Positions 34,429 through 42,367 of a DNA stretch of 54,249 bases are shown in pieces. Both the position numbers and the translations under genes were made by a program. Under the pieces are notes generated by a model. It was not told the DNA's origin. It made no database searches and saw nothing but the letters and a program-made list of their open reading frames with translations. Source of the DNA: an uncultured Candidatus Saccharibacteria bacterium (GTDB taxonomy: Bacteria > Patescibacteriota > Minisyncoccia > Phycocordibacterales > CAYGHQ01); assembly GCA_964349845.1 (NCBI GenBank), contig CAYGHQ010000001.1, positions 1 through 54,249 on the forward strand, read 5' to 3'. The first letter of the stretch is position 1, and each line of letters begins with the position of its first letter.

Positions 34429-35196
34429 ATGAAAAAAATAGTAAAAAAAATTTTGGCACTATTAGGCTTTAAGAAACTTTATAAAGCTTTTCTTTCTATC
34501 CAATACAAAAATCTTTTTAATCCTGGACTTGCAGGAGTTTTCACCAATCCATTTTATTTTGCAAGAAAGAATCTATTTTCTCAAATGAAAACGCTTTCCT
34601 CAAATATTATAGGCAATGTGCTTGATATAGGCTGTGGGACAAAACCTTATCAAAATTTATTTCCCTGCAAAAGTTATACCGGACTTGAAATTGACACTCC
34701 GGAAATGAGAAAAGTGTCAGAAATTGAATATTTTTATGATGGGCACACTTTTCCTTTTAAAAACGAAACTTACGACTCAATCATCTGTAACCAAACCTTA
34801 GAGCACGTTTTCAATCCTGACGAATTTTTAGAGGAAACAAATCGCGTCATCAAAAGAGGTGGTAAAATCCTTTTAACAATTCCCTTTGTCTGGGATGAGC
34901 ATTCACAGCCATATGATTACGCGAGATATTCTTCGTTTGGGTTAGCCCATCTTATGAAAAATCATAGTTTCAAAATTATTGAACAACGCAAAAGCGTAAA
35001 TACCATTGCGGTAATTTTTCAAATGATAAATTGCTATCTATACAAAAAAATAAACACGAGATTTTACTTTCTGAATTTCTTTCTTGTTTTGATTTTAACT
35101 TCTATGGTAAATATTGCCGGCATAATAGCAGAAAAAATTTTGCCGAAAAACGACGATTTATATCTAGATAATGTTATCTTGGCTCAAAAAATATGA
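34429..35196 (+). CDS. Class I SAM-dependent methyltransferase (Methyltransf_11-like) with a C-terminal hydrophobic segment
   Basis: 255 aa with VLDIGCGTKPY and GGKILLTIPF. Confidence 0.7.
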   Translation: MKKIVKKILALLGFKKLYKAFLSIQYKNLFNPGLAGVFTNPFYFARKNLFSQMKTLSSNIIGNVLDIGCGTKPYQNLFPCKSYTGLEIDTPEMRKVSEIEYFYDGHTFPFKNETYDSIICNQTLEHVFNPDEFLEETNRVIKRGGKILLTIPFVWDEHSQPYDYARYSSFGLAHLMKNHSFKIIEQRKSVNTIAVIFQMINCYLYKKINTRFYFLNFFLVLILTSMVNIAGIIAEKILPKNDDLYLDNVILAQKI

Positions 35197-36194
35197 ATAA
35201 ATATAACTTCTGCACATTATTTGATAAAGGATATCTCCTCAAGGGGCTGGCTCTTTACCAGTCTTTGGCAAAATTTCTTCCCGATTTTACCTTGTGGATT
35301 TTATGTATGGATGAAGAATCCTATGAAATAATATCGCGCCTAAATCTTCCCCATACCCGCCCGATAAGACTTTCTGATTTTGAAAACGCAAATCCCGAGC
35401 TTAAAGAAATCAAAAAAACAAGAAGCTCCGTGGAATACTGCTGGACTCTTTCCCCATCGCTCCCTCTTCATATTATAAAGACCAACGATATTCCTTCAAT
35501 AACCTATCTTGATTCAGATCTTTTCTTCTACACCTCCCCGGAAGTAATTTTTAAAGAAGCCGGAAAATCCTCCATATCCATAATCGCTCAAGACGTGGTG
35601 GAATCAAGAAAAGGAAACGAGGGAATTACCGGCAAATATAATGTCGGAATGCTTATCTTCAAGAAAGATGAAAACAGCCTCGCCTGTCTCAAGTGGTGGA
35701 AAGAGAAATGCGATGAATGGTGCTACGACCGACCGGAACCCGAAAGATACGGGGATCAGAAATATCTGGATTATTTTGAAGAAAAATTCCAAGGAGTCCA
35801 TATCGTGGCCAACAAAGGAGCCGGAGTAGCGCCGTGGAACGTGGAAAAAAAAGAAATAAGCGAAAGAGGAGGAGCGGTTTTTGTGGAAAAAAACCTTTTG
35901 GTTTTTTTCCACTTCTCCAGATTTTTCCTTTATCCGCCGTCACTCATTCTTCCTTATGGTCCCGATACCGTCTACAATTACACCAAATCCGGAGAAGCCA
36001 AAAACCTGATTTACAAGCCCTACGCTCTAACCCTTTACGCCATTCTCCGGAAAGTCAGAGGAATAAATCCGGAATGGAAATACGGACTGACCGAAAGACC
36101 GCCTTTTATAGCAAGCGTCCAAGAATTTTTGAACAACTCAATGAAAAAAAAAAAAAAAAAAGCTTTAAAAAAATTATTAAAAATTAATAAATAA
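35193..36194 (+). CDS. Nucleotide-diphospho-sugar transferase (GT-A, GT8-like) with a poly-lysine C-terminus
   Basis: 333 aa. It has ITYLDSDLFFY (DxD) and NVGMLIFKKD. The tail MKKKKKKALKKLLKINK is encoded by the A18 tract. Confidence 0.45.
   Translation: MNKYNFCTLFDKGYLLKGLALYQSLAKFLPDFTLWILCMDEESYEIISRLNLPHTRPIRLSDFENANPELKEIKKTRSSVEYCWTLSPSLPLHIIKTNDIPSITYLDSDLFFYTSPEVIFKEAGKSSISIIAQDVVESRKGNEGITGKYNVGMLIFKKDENSLACLKWWKEKCDEWCYDRPEPERYGDQKYLDYFEEKFQGVHIVANKGAGVAPWNVEKKEISERGGAVFVEKNLLVFFHFSRFFLYPPSLILPYGPDTVYNYTKSGEAKNLIYKPYALTLYAILRKVRGINPEWKYGLTERPPFIASVQEFLNNSMKKKKKKALKKLLKINK
36144..36161 (+). repeat. Homopolymeric A18 tract inside the coding sequence
   Basis: Counted directly: 18 consecutive A, 33 nt before the stop of the GT8-like gene. 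Confidence 0.95.
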
Positions 36195-36201
36195 ATAGAA
36201 C

Positions 36202-37173
36202 ATGGCTGTTCAAAAAAAAGTTATCGTAACCGGCGGGTTGGGTTTTATCGGAAGCTATTACGTGAAAAAACTATTGGATAAAGGCTATTCCGTTGTAAAT
36301 ATAGACAAAGTAACCTATGCCGCCAGAAGAGATCTGGATTTTGAAAATTACCCGAACTACGAGTTCATCAGAGAAGATATTTGCAACCTTGCCCACCTGC
36401 CCCCGGGAGCGGATTATCTGGTTAATTTTGCCGCGGAATCGCACGTGGATAACTCCATAACCGCCAACGAAGTATTTTTTGAGAGTAATGTCAAAGGCGT
36501 CTATAATCTTCTGGAGCTTCTCCGATCTAAAGATCCGACAGACAGGCCTGTTTTTATCCAAATTTCCACCGATGAAGTCTACGGCGATATTATGGAAGGA
36601 TCTTCCAAAGAAGAAGACCGCCTCAATCCTTCCAATCCCTATTCTGCTTCCAAAGCGGCGGCTGAAGAACTCATAAGAGGTTGGGCTAGAACTTACGGCA
36701 TAAAATTCAAAATCTGCCGGTCAAGCAACAATTACGGCTTCGGCCAGTATCCGGAAAAACTTATCGCCAAAACCATTAGCTTGGCGGAAAAAGACATAAA
36801 AATGACCGTTCACGGAGACGGCTCTTACGAGAGAGAGTGGACGTACGTGGAAGACAATTGCGAAGCTATTTTTATGGTAATGGAACAGGGGGTTTCAGGC
36901 GGAATTTACAATATTTCTTCGGGAGAAATGCTGGCCAATCTTGAGATTGTGAAAAAAGTCCTAAAAGCCATGGGTAAGCCCGAGAATTTTTTTGAATTCG
37001 TGGGAAACAGAATAGGCCAGGACATCAGATATTCCATCAATTCTGAGAAAATCCGCAAACTCGGATGGAAGCCGACCGTCAATCTTGAAGAGTATTTGCC
37101 AAAATACATAAAACTTATAAATACTCCCCATAAATCCCCTTATAAAAAAATCCCTTCTCCGCTTAAAAAATAA
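36202..37173 (+). CDS. rmlB: dTDP-glucose 4,6-dehydratase
   Basis: 323 aa with VTGGLGFIGS, AAESHVDNS, STDEVYG, YSASKAA and NNYGFGQYPEKLI. Confidence 0.9.
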   Translation: MAVQKKVIVTGGLGFIGSYYVKKLLDKGYSVVNIDKVTYAARRDLDFENYPNYEFIREDICNLAHLPPGADYLVNFAAESHVDNSITANEVFFESNVKGVYNLLELLRSKDPTDRPVFIQISTDEVYGDIMEGSSKEEDRLNPSNPYSASKAAAEELIRGWARTYGIKFKICRSSNNYGFGQYPEKLIAKTISLAEKDIKMTVHGDGSYEREWTYVEDNCEAIFMVMEQGVSGGIYNISSGEMLANLEIVKKVLKAMGKPENFFEFVGNRIGQDIRYSINSEKIRKLGWKPTVNLEEYLPKYIKLINTPHKSPYKKIPSPLKK

Positions 37174-37176
37174 AAA

Positions 37177-37608
37177 ATGAAAAATAAATTTTACGAAATT
37201 ATAAAGTTTCCGTCTTTTTCCGGAAAAACCGGCACACTCACCATGCTAGAACACGGCAAAAATCCAAATAGCCTTGTCCCTTTTCCCATAAAAAGGGTTT
37301 TTACGATACGAGGAATGAAAGGGGAAGATGAAAGAGGCGGGCACACTCACCACAAAACCCGCCAGATTATTGTCTGCCTCCGAGGATCATGCCGGATAAA
37401 TCTGGATGACGGAAAGAAAAAAACTTTCGCGGATCTCAAAGATCCAAGCGAGGGTATCACCCTAGAACCCTACATCTGGCACACTATAAGCGATTTCAAA
37501 GGAGATCCGATTCTTATGGTTTTGGCGAGTACGGAATATGATGAGAGAGATTATATAAGAGATTACAGCCAGTTTTTGAAACTAGTTTCAAAAACTGGCA
37601 ATTACTAA
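37177..37608 (+). CDS. dTDP-4-keto-6-deoxyhexose 3,4-ketoisomerase (FdtA/QdtA, WxcM-like cupin)
   Basis: 143 aa. FPIKRVFTIRGMKGEDERGGHTHHKTRQIIVCLRGSC ... EYDERDYIRDY is the FdtA/QdtA pattern. The sequence cannot decide between the galacto and gluco product. Confidence 0.8.
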   Translation: MKNKFYEIIKFPSFSGKTGTLTMLEHGKNPNSLVPFPIKRVFTIRGMKGEDERGGHTHHKTRQIIVCLRGSCRINLDDGKKKTFADLKDPSEGITLEPYIWHTISDFKGDPILMVLASTEYDERDYIRDYSQFLKLVSKTGNY

Positions 37609-37876
37609 TTTCCAATATCCAATTTCCAATGAAATTAATAAAATCCTCAGGCGGAATACCGCCACCTCCTTTATTAAAGGAGGAATTAATTCTCCCTTTT
37701 TTAAAGGGAGCCCGCCCGAACCGTCCGAAGCGGACGCTTCGGTACGGGCGGGTACCCGTCTTCGGAGGGAGGGATTTAAGAAATTTCCGGCATTTCATTG
37801 TCCTTCAAATTCTTCAGGATGGTGAGCCTGTTGAATCCAGAAATTGGTAATTGAAAATTGGAAATTTTAATTCAAT
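37601..37876. repeat. Family F multi-hairpin element, copy 2
   Basis: The outer arms are built from CCAATTTCCAAT / ATTGGAAATT words. The core contains CCTCCTTTATTAAAGGAGG (37665..37683), CTCCCTTTTTTAAAGGGAG (37692..37710) and CCCGCCCGAACCGTCCGAAGCGGACGCTTCGGTACGGGCGGG (37711..37752). Confidence 0.9.
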
Positions 37877-38966
37877 GATTCCCTTCTTTGACGCTACGCG
37901 CAAAACTAAAAAAGAGAAAGGGGAGATTCTCTCGGCCGTGAGAAATGTTTTGGACTCCGGCCGATTTGTCATGGGAGAAAAGATGGCGAATTTTGAGAAA
38001 GAATTTTCTTCTTATCTCGGCGTTTCTTTCGGAGTCGGAGTCAATTCCGGAACAGACGCGCTTAAAATCGCCCTTCGCTCCCTCGGAATTAAGGAAGGGG
38101 ATGAAGTCATTACCGTTTCAAATACCGCCACTCCGACCGTAAGCGCGATTAGAGAAATCGGCGCTATCCCCGTTTTTACGGATATTGACGAATACTTCAC
38201 TATGAAAGTTTCCGGCCTTCCGCGGAAGATTTCCAAGAAAACCAAAGCGATTGTTCCCGTCCATCTCTACGGACATCCGGCGGATATGGAGGAGATTATG
38301 AAATTTGCCCGGGAAAATAATCTTTTTGTCGTGGAAGACTGCGCCCAATCCGCGGGAGCGGAAATCGGGGGCAAGAAAGTCGGAAGTTTCGGAAACGCTT
38401 CCGCATGGAGCTTTTACCCAACAAAAAATTTATCCGCCTGCGGAGACGGAGGAATGATAACCACAAAAAGCAAAGAAATCGCCGAGAAATCGGCAATGCT
38501 CCGGATGTACGGCATGAAAGGAACCTACTTCTCTCACGTGGAAGGCTGGAACAGCCGGCTTGATGAAATCCAATCCGCCATACTTTCAATAAATTTAAAA
38601 TATTTGGATAAAAGAAACCAAAGGAGAATTGAAATTGCTGGACAGTATATCTCAAAAATTAAAAATCCCGCCATAATTCTCCCTAAAAAAAGACCGGAAA
38701 CCAAACACGTTTTCCACCTTTTTGTCGCAAGAACAAAAAAACGGGATAAATTGACGGAATATCTCAAAGAGAAAAGTATCGGGATGGGAATCCATTATCC
38801 CTTCCCCGTTCACCTTCAAAAAGCCTATGAATTTTTGGGATACAAAGAAGGGTCGTTGCCCGAAACGGAAAAAGTGGCCAAGGAAATTCTCTCCCTGCCT
38901 ATTTTCCCGGAATTGACGGATGAAGAAATAGAGTACATCATTAAAGAAATAAACAACTTCAAGTAG
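37875..38966 (+). CDS. DegT/DnrJ/EryC1/StrS-family PLP aminotransferase (FdtB/QdtB-like sugar 3-aminotransferase)
   Basis: I chose the ATG at 37875 (MIPFFD...). GVNSGTDAL, EDCAQSAGA and SFYPTKNL (catalytic Lys) are present. It is adjacent to the isomerase and dehydratase genes. Confidence 0.85.
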   Translation: MIPFFDATRKTKKEKGEILSAVRNVLDSGRFVMGEKMANFEKEFSSYLGVSFGVGVNSGTDALKIALRSLGIKEGDEVITVSNTATPTVSAIREIGAIPVFTDIDEYFTMKVSGLPRKISKKTKAIVPVHLYGHPADMEEIMKFARENNLFVVEDCAQSAGAEIGGKKVGSFGNASAWSFYPTKNLSACGDGGMITTKSKEIAEKSAMLRMYGMKGTYFSHVEGWNSRLDEIQSAILSINLKYLDKRNQRRIEIAGQYISKIKNPAIILPKKRPETKHVFHLFVARTKKRDKLTEYLKEKSIGMGIHYPFPVHLQKAYEFLGYKEGSLPETEKVAKEILSLPIFPELTDEEIEYIIKEINNFK

Positions 38967-38977
38967 GACGCAAATCA

Positions 38978-39817
38978 ATGGTAATTGTAAAACTACAAGG
39001 AGGTCTCGGAAATCAGATGTTTCAATATGCCGCCGGAAGAGCGGCTTCTTTGCGCGTTGAAACAGAACTCAAGCTGGATGTGAGTTCGTTTCAGGAATAC
39101 AAGCTCCGGAAGTATTCTCTCCAAAATTTCAAGATAAAAGCGGATTTCGCTTTATCGGAAGAGACCAGAGAAGCCAAGGGAAATTTTTTAAAAAATCTCG
39201 TCTCCCCTTCGTGGATTAAGGAAGAGCCTTTTTCTCCGTGGAATTCTAAACTGCTTTCTCTTAAAGACAACGCCTATCTTGACGGCTACTGGCAAAGTGA
39301 AAAATATTTCAAAGATAAAGAGGAAAATATCCGGCAGGAATTTTCTCTTAAAAAACCTTTTCAAGCGGAAGCCGGAAAAATTTCCGCCCAGATGGAGGCC
39401 ACGGAAAATCCCGTTTCCATCCATGTTCGCCGAGGGGATTACGTTTCCAAAAAGCATTTAAATGAAATCTTCGGAGTATGCCATCCGGAATATTACGAGA
39501 AAGCGGTGGCTTTCGTAGCTGGAAAAACAAGCCATCCTGTTTTTTTCATATTTTCAGATGATATCGCGTGGGTCAAGGAGAATTTAAAAATTCAATTCCC
39601 CGCCGTTTTCGTTTCTAAATCAGAAATAGAGGATTTTGAAGAGCTTGCTCTTATGAGTGAGTGTAGACACAATATCATAGCCAATTCCACGTTCAGCTGG
39701 TGGGGAGCGTGGCTTAACAGGAATCCTGAAAAAATCGTTATTGCTCCCAAAAAGTGGTTTAATCATCCTTCTTTGAACACAAAGGACTTGATACCAGAAG
39801 GGTGGGTAAAGATTTAA
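38978..39817 (+). CDS. Glycosyltransferase family 11 (alpha-1,2-fucosyltransferase)
   Basis: 279 aa with GGLGNQMFQYAAGRA, HVRRGDYV and NSTFSWWGAWL. Confidence 0.85.
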   Translation: MVIVKLQGGLGNQMFQYAAGRAASLRVETELKLDVSSFQEYKLRKYSLQNFKIKADFALSEETREAKGNFLKNLVSPSWIKEEPFSPWNSKLLSLKDNAYLDGYWQSEKYFKDKEENIRQEFSLKKPFQAEAGKISAQMEATENPVSIHVRRGDYVSKKHLNEIFGVCHPEYYEKAVAFVAGKTSHPVFFIFSDDIAWVKENLKIQFPAVFVSKSEIEDFEELALMSECRHNIIANSTFSWWGAWLNRNPEKIVIAPKKWFNHPSLNTKDLIPEGWVKI

Positions 39818-39972
39818 ATTCGAAGCACGAAATCCGAAATTCGAAACAAACGAAGCCAAATAGAGTCAAAATTCAAATATCTAAACGGGATTTTTATGTG
39901 TCCTTGTTTAGAATTTGAGATTTTCTTCTATTTCGGGTTTTGTTTCGGATTTCGTGCTTCGAATTTCGGATT
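39815..39972. repeat. Family E intergenic palindromic element, copy 4
   Basis: AAATTCGAAGCACGAAATCCGAAATTCGAAACAAACGAAGCCAAATAGAG pairs with TTCTATTTCGGGTTTTGTTTCGGATTTCGTGCTTCGAATTTCGGATTT. Confidence 0.85.
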
Positions 39973-39980
39973 TAATAAAT

Positions 39981-40029
39981 AGATTTCCCGCCTTGGTTCA
40001 ACCCGCTCACAATAAGCCACGGGAATGAC
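39981..40029. repeat. Family G core, copy 3
   Basis: The reverse complement reads GTCATTCCCGTGG...GGCGGGAAATC. This is the same core hairpin ends as at 26401 and 30519..30587. Confidence 0.55.
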
Positions 40030-40055
40030 AAACCCACGCCTTAATTTTATACATC

Positions 40056-41081
40056 ATGTCTTCTAAAATAACCGTTTTTATGCCGGTCTACAACCGCGAA
40101 AAGTTCGTCGCGGAATCTATGAGAAGCGTTCTCGCCCAGACTTTTTCCGATTTTGAGCTTTTAATAATTGACGACGGCTCTACCGACAAAAGTATGGAGA
40201 TTACGCAATCTTTCAATGATCCAAGGATAAGGATCATAAAAAATGAAGGGAACACCGGTCTTGTAGCCGTCCGAAACAAAGGCATAAAAGAATCTCGCGG
40301 AGAATTTATCGCTCTTTTGGATTCAGACGACTTAATGGTCCCTTCCCGCCTTGAAAAACAATACAATTTTCTTTCCGAAAATCCGGAATTTGGAATGATA
40401 GGGACAGGAGTGAAACTGATAGACGAAAAAGGAAAAGAAACAGGTGTAATCTGGAAAGAAAAAATTCCTCCGGAAAAAATTCCTATCCGCCTTCTTTTCA
40501 ACAACTGTTTTACCCAATCATCAGTTATGATGAGAAAAAACGCTCTCCCCGAAGAAAGATACAGGGAAGGCTTTGCTCCAGCCGAGGACTATGAATTATG
40601 GGCAAGAATAGCTGAAACATCCAAAGTATGGAACTTGCCGGAAGTTCTCACCCTTTACAGAATCCACGGAGAAAACATAAGCTCCGGCGGAATAAGCAAA
40701 AAATATGAGAGAGGCTCCGGAAGCGAAAAAGTGACAAGAAGAGAGCTTTTAAGGCTCGGAATAACGCCAACTCCCGAAGATCTTCAAATCCACCGGACAA
40801 ACTATCACTACCCCGAATCTGACATCAAAGACTTTTTGGAAAAAAAAGAAAAATGGCTTCTGAAATTAATCAAAGCCAACGAAGAAACACGGGCATTTTC
40901 AGATAAATTGTTTAAAGAAGTTTCCGCCGAAATTTTCCTCTCCTTCCTCTCCGCCAATTCCCGTCTCGGCCTTTTCGCATGGAAAAGATTCCGGCAATCT
41001 CCCCTTTCCCCTTATCTAAACAAAAAAGAGTCATTGCCAAAACTTCTCAAATTCGCCATTAAATCCCTGCTAAAAATTTGA
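40056..41081 (+). CDS. Glycosyltransferase family 2
   Basis: 341 aa with ITVFMPVYNREKFVAESMRSVLAQTFSDFELLIIDDGSTD and LDSDD. Confidence 0.8.
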   Translation: MSSKITVFMPVYNREKFVAESMRSVLAQTFSDFELLIIDDGSTDKSMEITQSFNDPRIRIIKNEGNTGLVAVRNKGIKESRGEFIALLDSDDLMVPSRLEKQYNFLSENPEFGMIGTGVKLIDEKGKETGVIWKEKIPPEKIPIRLLFNNCFTQSSVMMRKNALPEERYREGFAPAEDYELWARIAETSKVWNLPEVLTLYRIHGENISSGGISKKYERGSGSEKVTRRELLRLGITPTPEDLQIHRTNYHYPESDIKDFLEKKEKWLLKLIKANEETRAFSDKLFKEVSAEIFLSFLSANSRLGLFAWKRFRQSPLSPYLNKKESLPKLLKFAIKSLLKI

Positions 41082-42254
41082 ATTTTTGTTTAAAAACTCC
41101 TTGATCCGGAGGGCGCGTTTTTCCCATGTGTATTTGGTGGCGTCTTTGTAGGCTTCGCCGGCGCGAATTTCTCCTTTGTCCTTTGATTTTTTTATTTCAA
41201 AAATAGTCCGGAAAAGCTCCTTGTCGTCGTCCGGAGAAATTATGAAGCTGTTTCTTTCATTCAAAATTTCCCTTATGGAAGGGAGCGAGGTGGCGATTAT
41301 CGGCCTCCCGCTCATCATGTACTCAAAAATTTTCATGGGAGACATAAAATACTCGTAATGTTTTCCTTTCGGAAAGGGAGCAAGGAGAATATCGGAAGCG
41401 CGAAGATAAAGAGGAATATCCGAATGTCTGACGCTCCCCGCGAAAAAAGTCCGTTCTCCCGCCCCAAGTTCTGCCGATTTTTTCTTGTAAAATTCCACGT
41501 CTTCCGCGTTTCCGCCCACAAAAAGAAAAATGCTGTCTTCCCCTTTTTCCAAAGAAGCTGTTTTTAGAACAGTATCAATCCCTTTCTCCATTCCCATCGT
41601 GCGGAGAGAGCCGACATAAGTGATTACGAATTTACCAGAAGGAAGAAGAAGAGTTTTTCTGGCATCCTCGGCAGAAATTGAAAGCGAGAAAGCTTTGAGA
41701 TCGGCGGCATTCGGCTCGTAAAAGATTTTTTCCGGAGAAATTTTAAAATCTTCCGAAAGTTTTTCTTTTTTCCACTTGTTGGTGGAAACAATCGCCTTCA
41801 TTCTTTTGAGGAAAAAGCTCCATAAACTTTTTTTCCTGTCCGGATAGTCGTGCATTTCATAAACAGTCCGCGGGAAAAAACATGAAGCCAAAAACAGAGG
41901 CAGAGCTTCATTGGAATAAATAATATCTTTTTTATCCGCCTTTAAGAGAAGATAGGCAAGCGAAGAAAGAGAAAAGGAAAAATAGCTCTTCAAAAAAGCT
42001 ATCCGGCTAAAAATTTTCCAAAAAAATAAATCAATCACCGGCAAAAAAACCGCTTTGAAATTCGGCTTGATCCCGTAATAATCCGAGTATTTTTCTCTAG
42101 ATCTGCCAAGACGGCGAGGAACAAGGAGTGTTGCCTCAAAACCGGCATCCGAAAAAGATTCGGCGCTTTTTGCCGCAAAAAGCGCCGCCGCCTTCTCCCC
42201 CGGAAACCTCCCGTGGAATATGAGAAATAGTTTTGGTTTTTTATCCTCTGTCAT
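41070..42254 (-). CDS. Glycosyltransferase family 4 (GT-B)
   Basis: 394 aa. The C-terminal region is LLAPFPKGKHYEYFMSPMKIFEYMMSGRPIIAT. The 3' end overlaps the convergent GT2 gene by 12 nt. Confidence 0.7.
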   Translation of the reverse strand: MTEDKKPKLFLIFHGRFPGEKAAALFAAKSAESFSDAGFEATLLVPRRLGRSREKYSDYYGIKPNFKAVFLPVIDLFFWKIFSRIAFLKSYFSFSLSSLAYLLLKADKKDIIYSNEALPLFLASCFFPRTVYEMHDYPDRKKSLWSFFLKRMKAIVSTNKWKKEKLSEDFKISPEKIFYEPNAADLKAFSLSISAEDARKTLLLPSGKFVITYVGSLRTMGMEKGIDTVLKTASLEKGEDSIFLFVGGNAEDVEFYKKKSAELGAGERTFFAGSVRHSDIPLYLRASDILLAPFPKGKHYEYFMSPMKIFEYMMSGRPIIATSLPSIREILNERNSFIISPDDDKELFRTIFEIKKSKDKGEIRAGEAYKDATKYTWEKRALRIKEFLNKNSNF

Positions 42255-42294
42255 CAGTTTTAAATCATATCATGGACAAATTTATATTCAGGTA

Positions 42295-42323
42295 TTGACT
42301 AAAAAACTTATCTATGCTAACAT
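42295..42323 (+). promoter_or_regulatory. Sigma70-type promoter
   Basis: TTGACT, a 17-nt spacer with a TGn extended -10, then TAACAT. It lies upstream of the DMT transporter gene. Confidence 0.5.
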
Positions 42324-42367
42324 ATTAAAAGTTAGTTCGTTTTTTGACAATCAAAGAAAGCGCAAAA

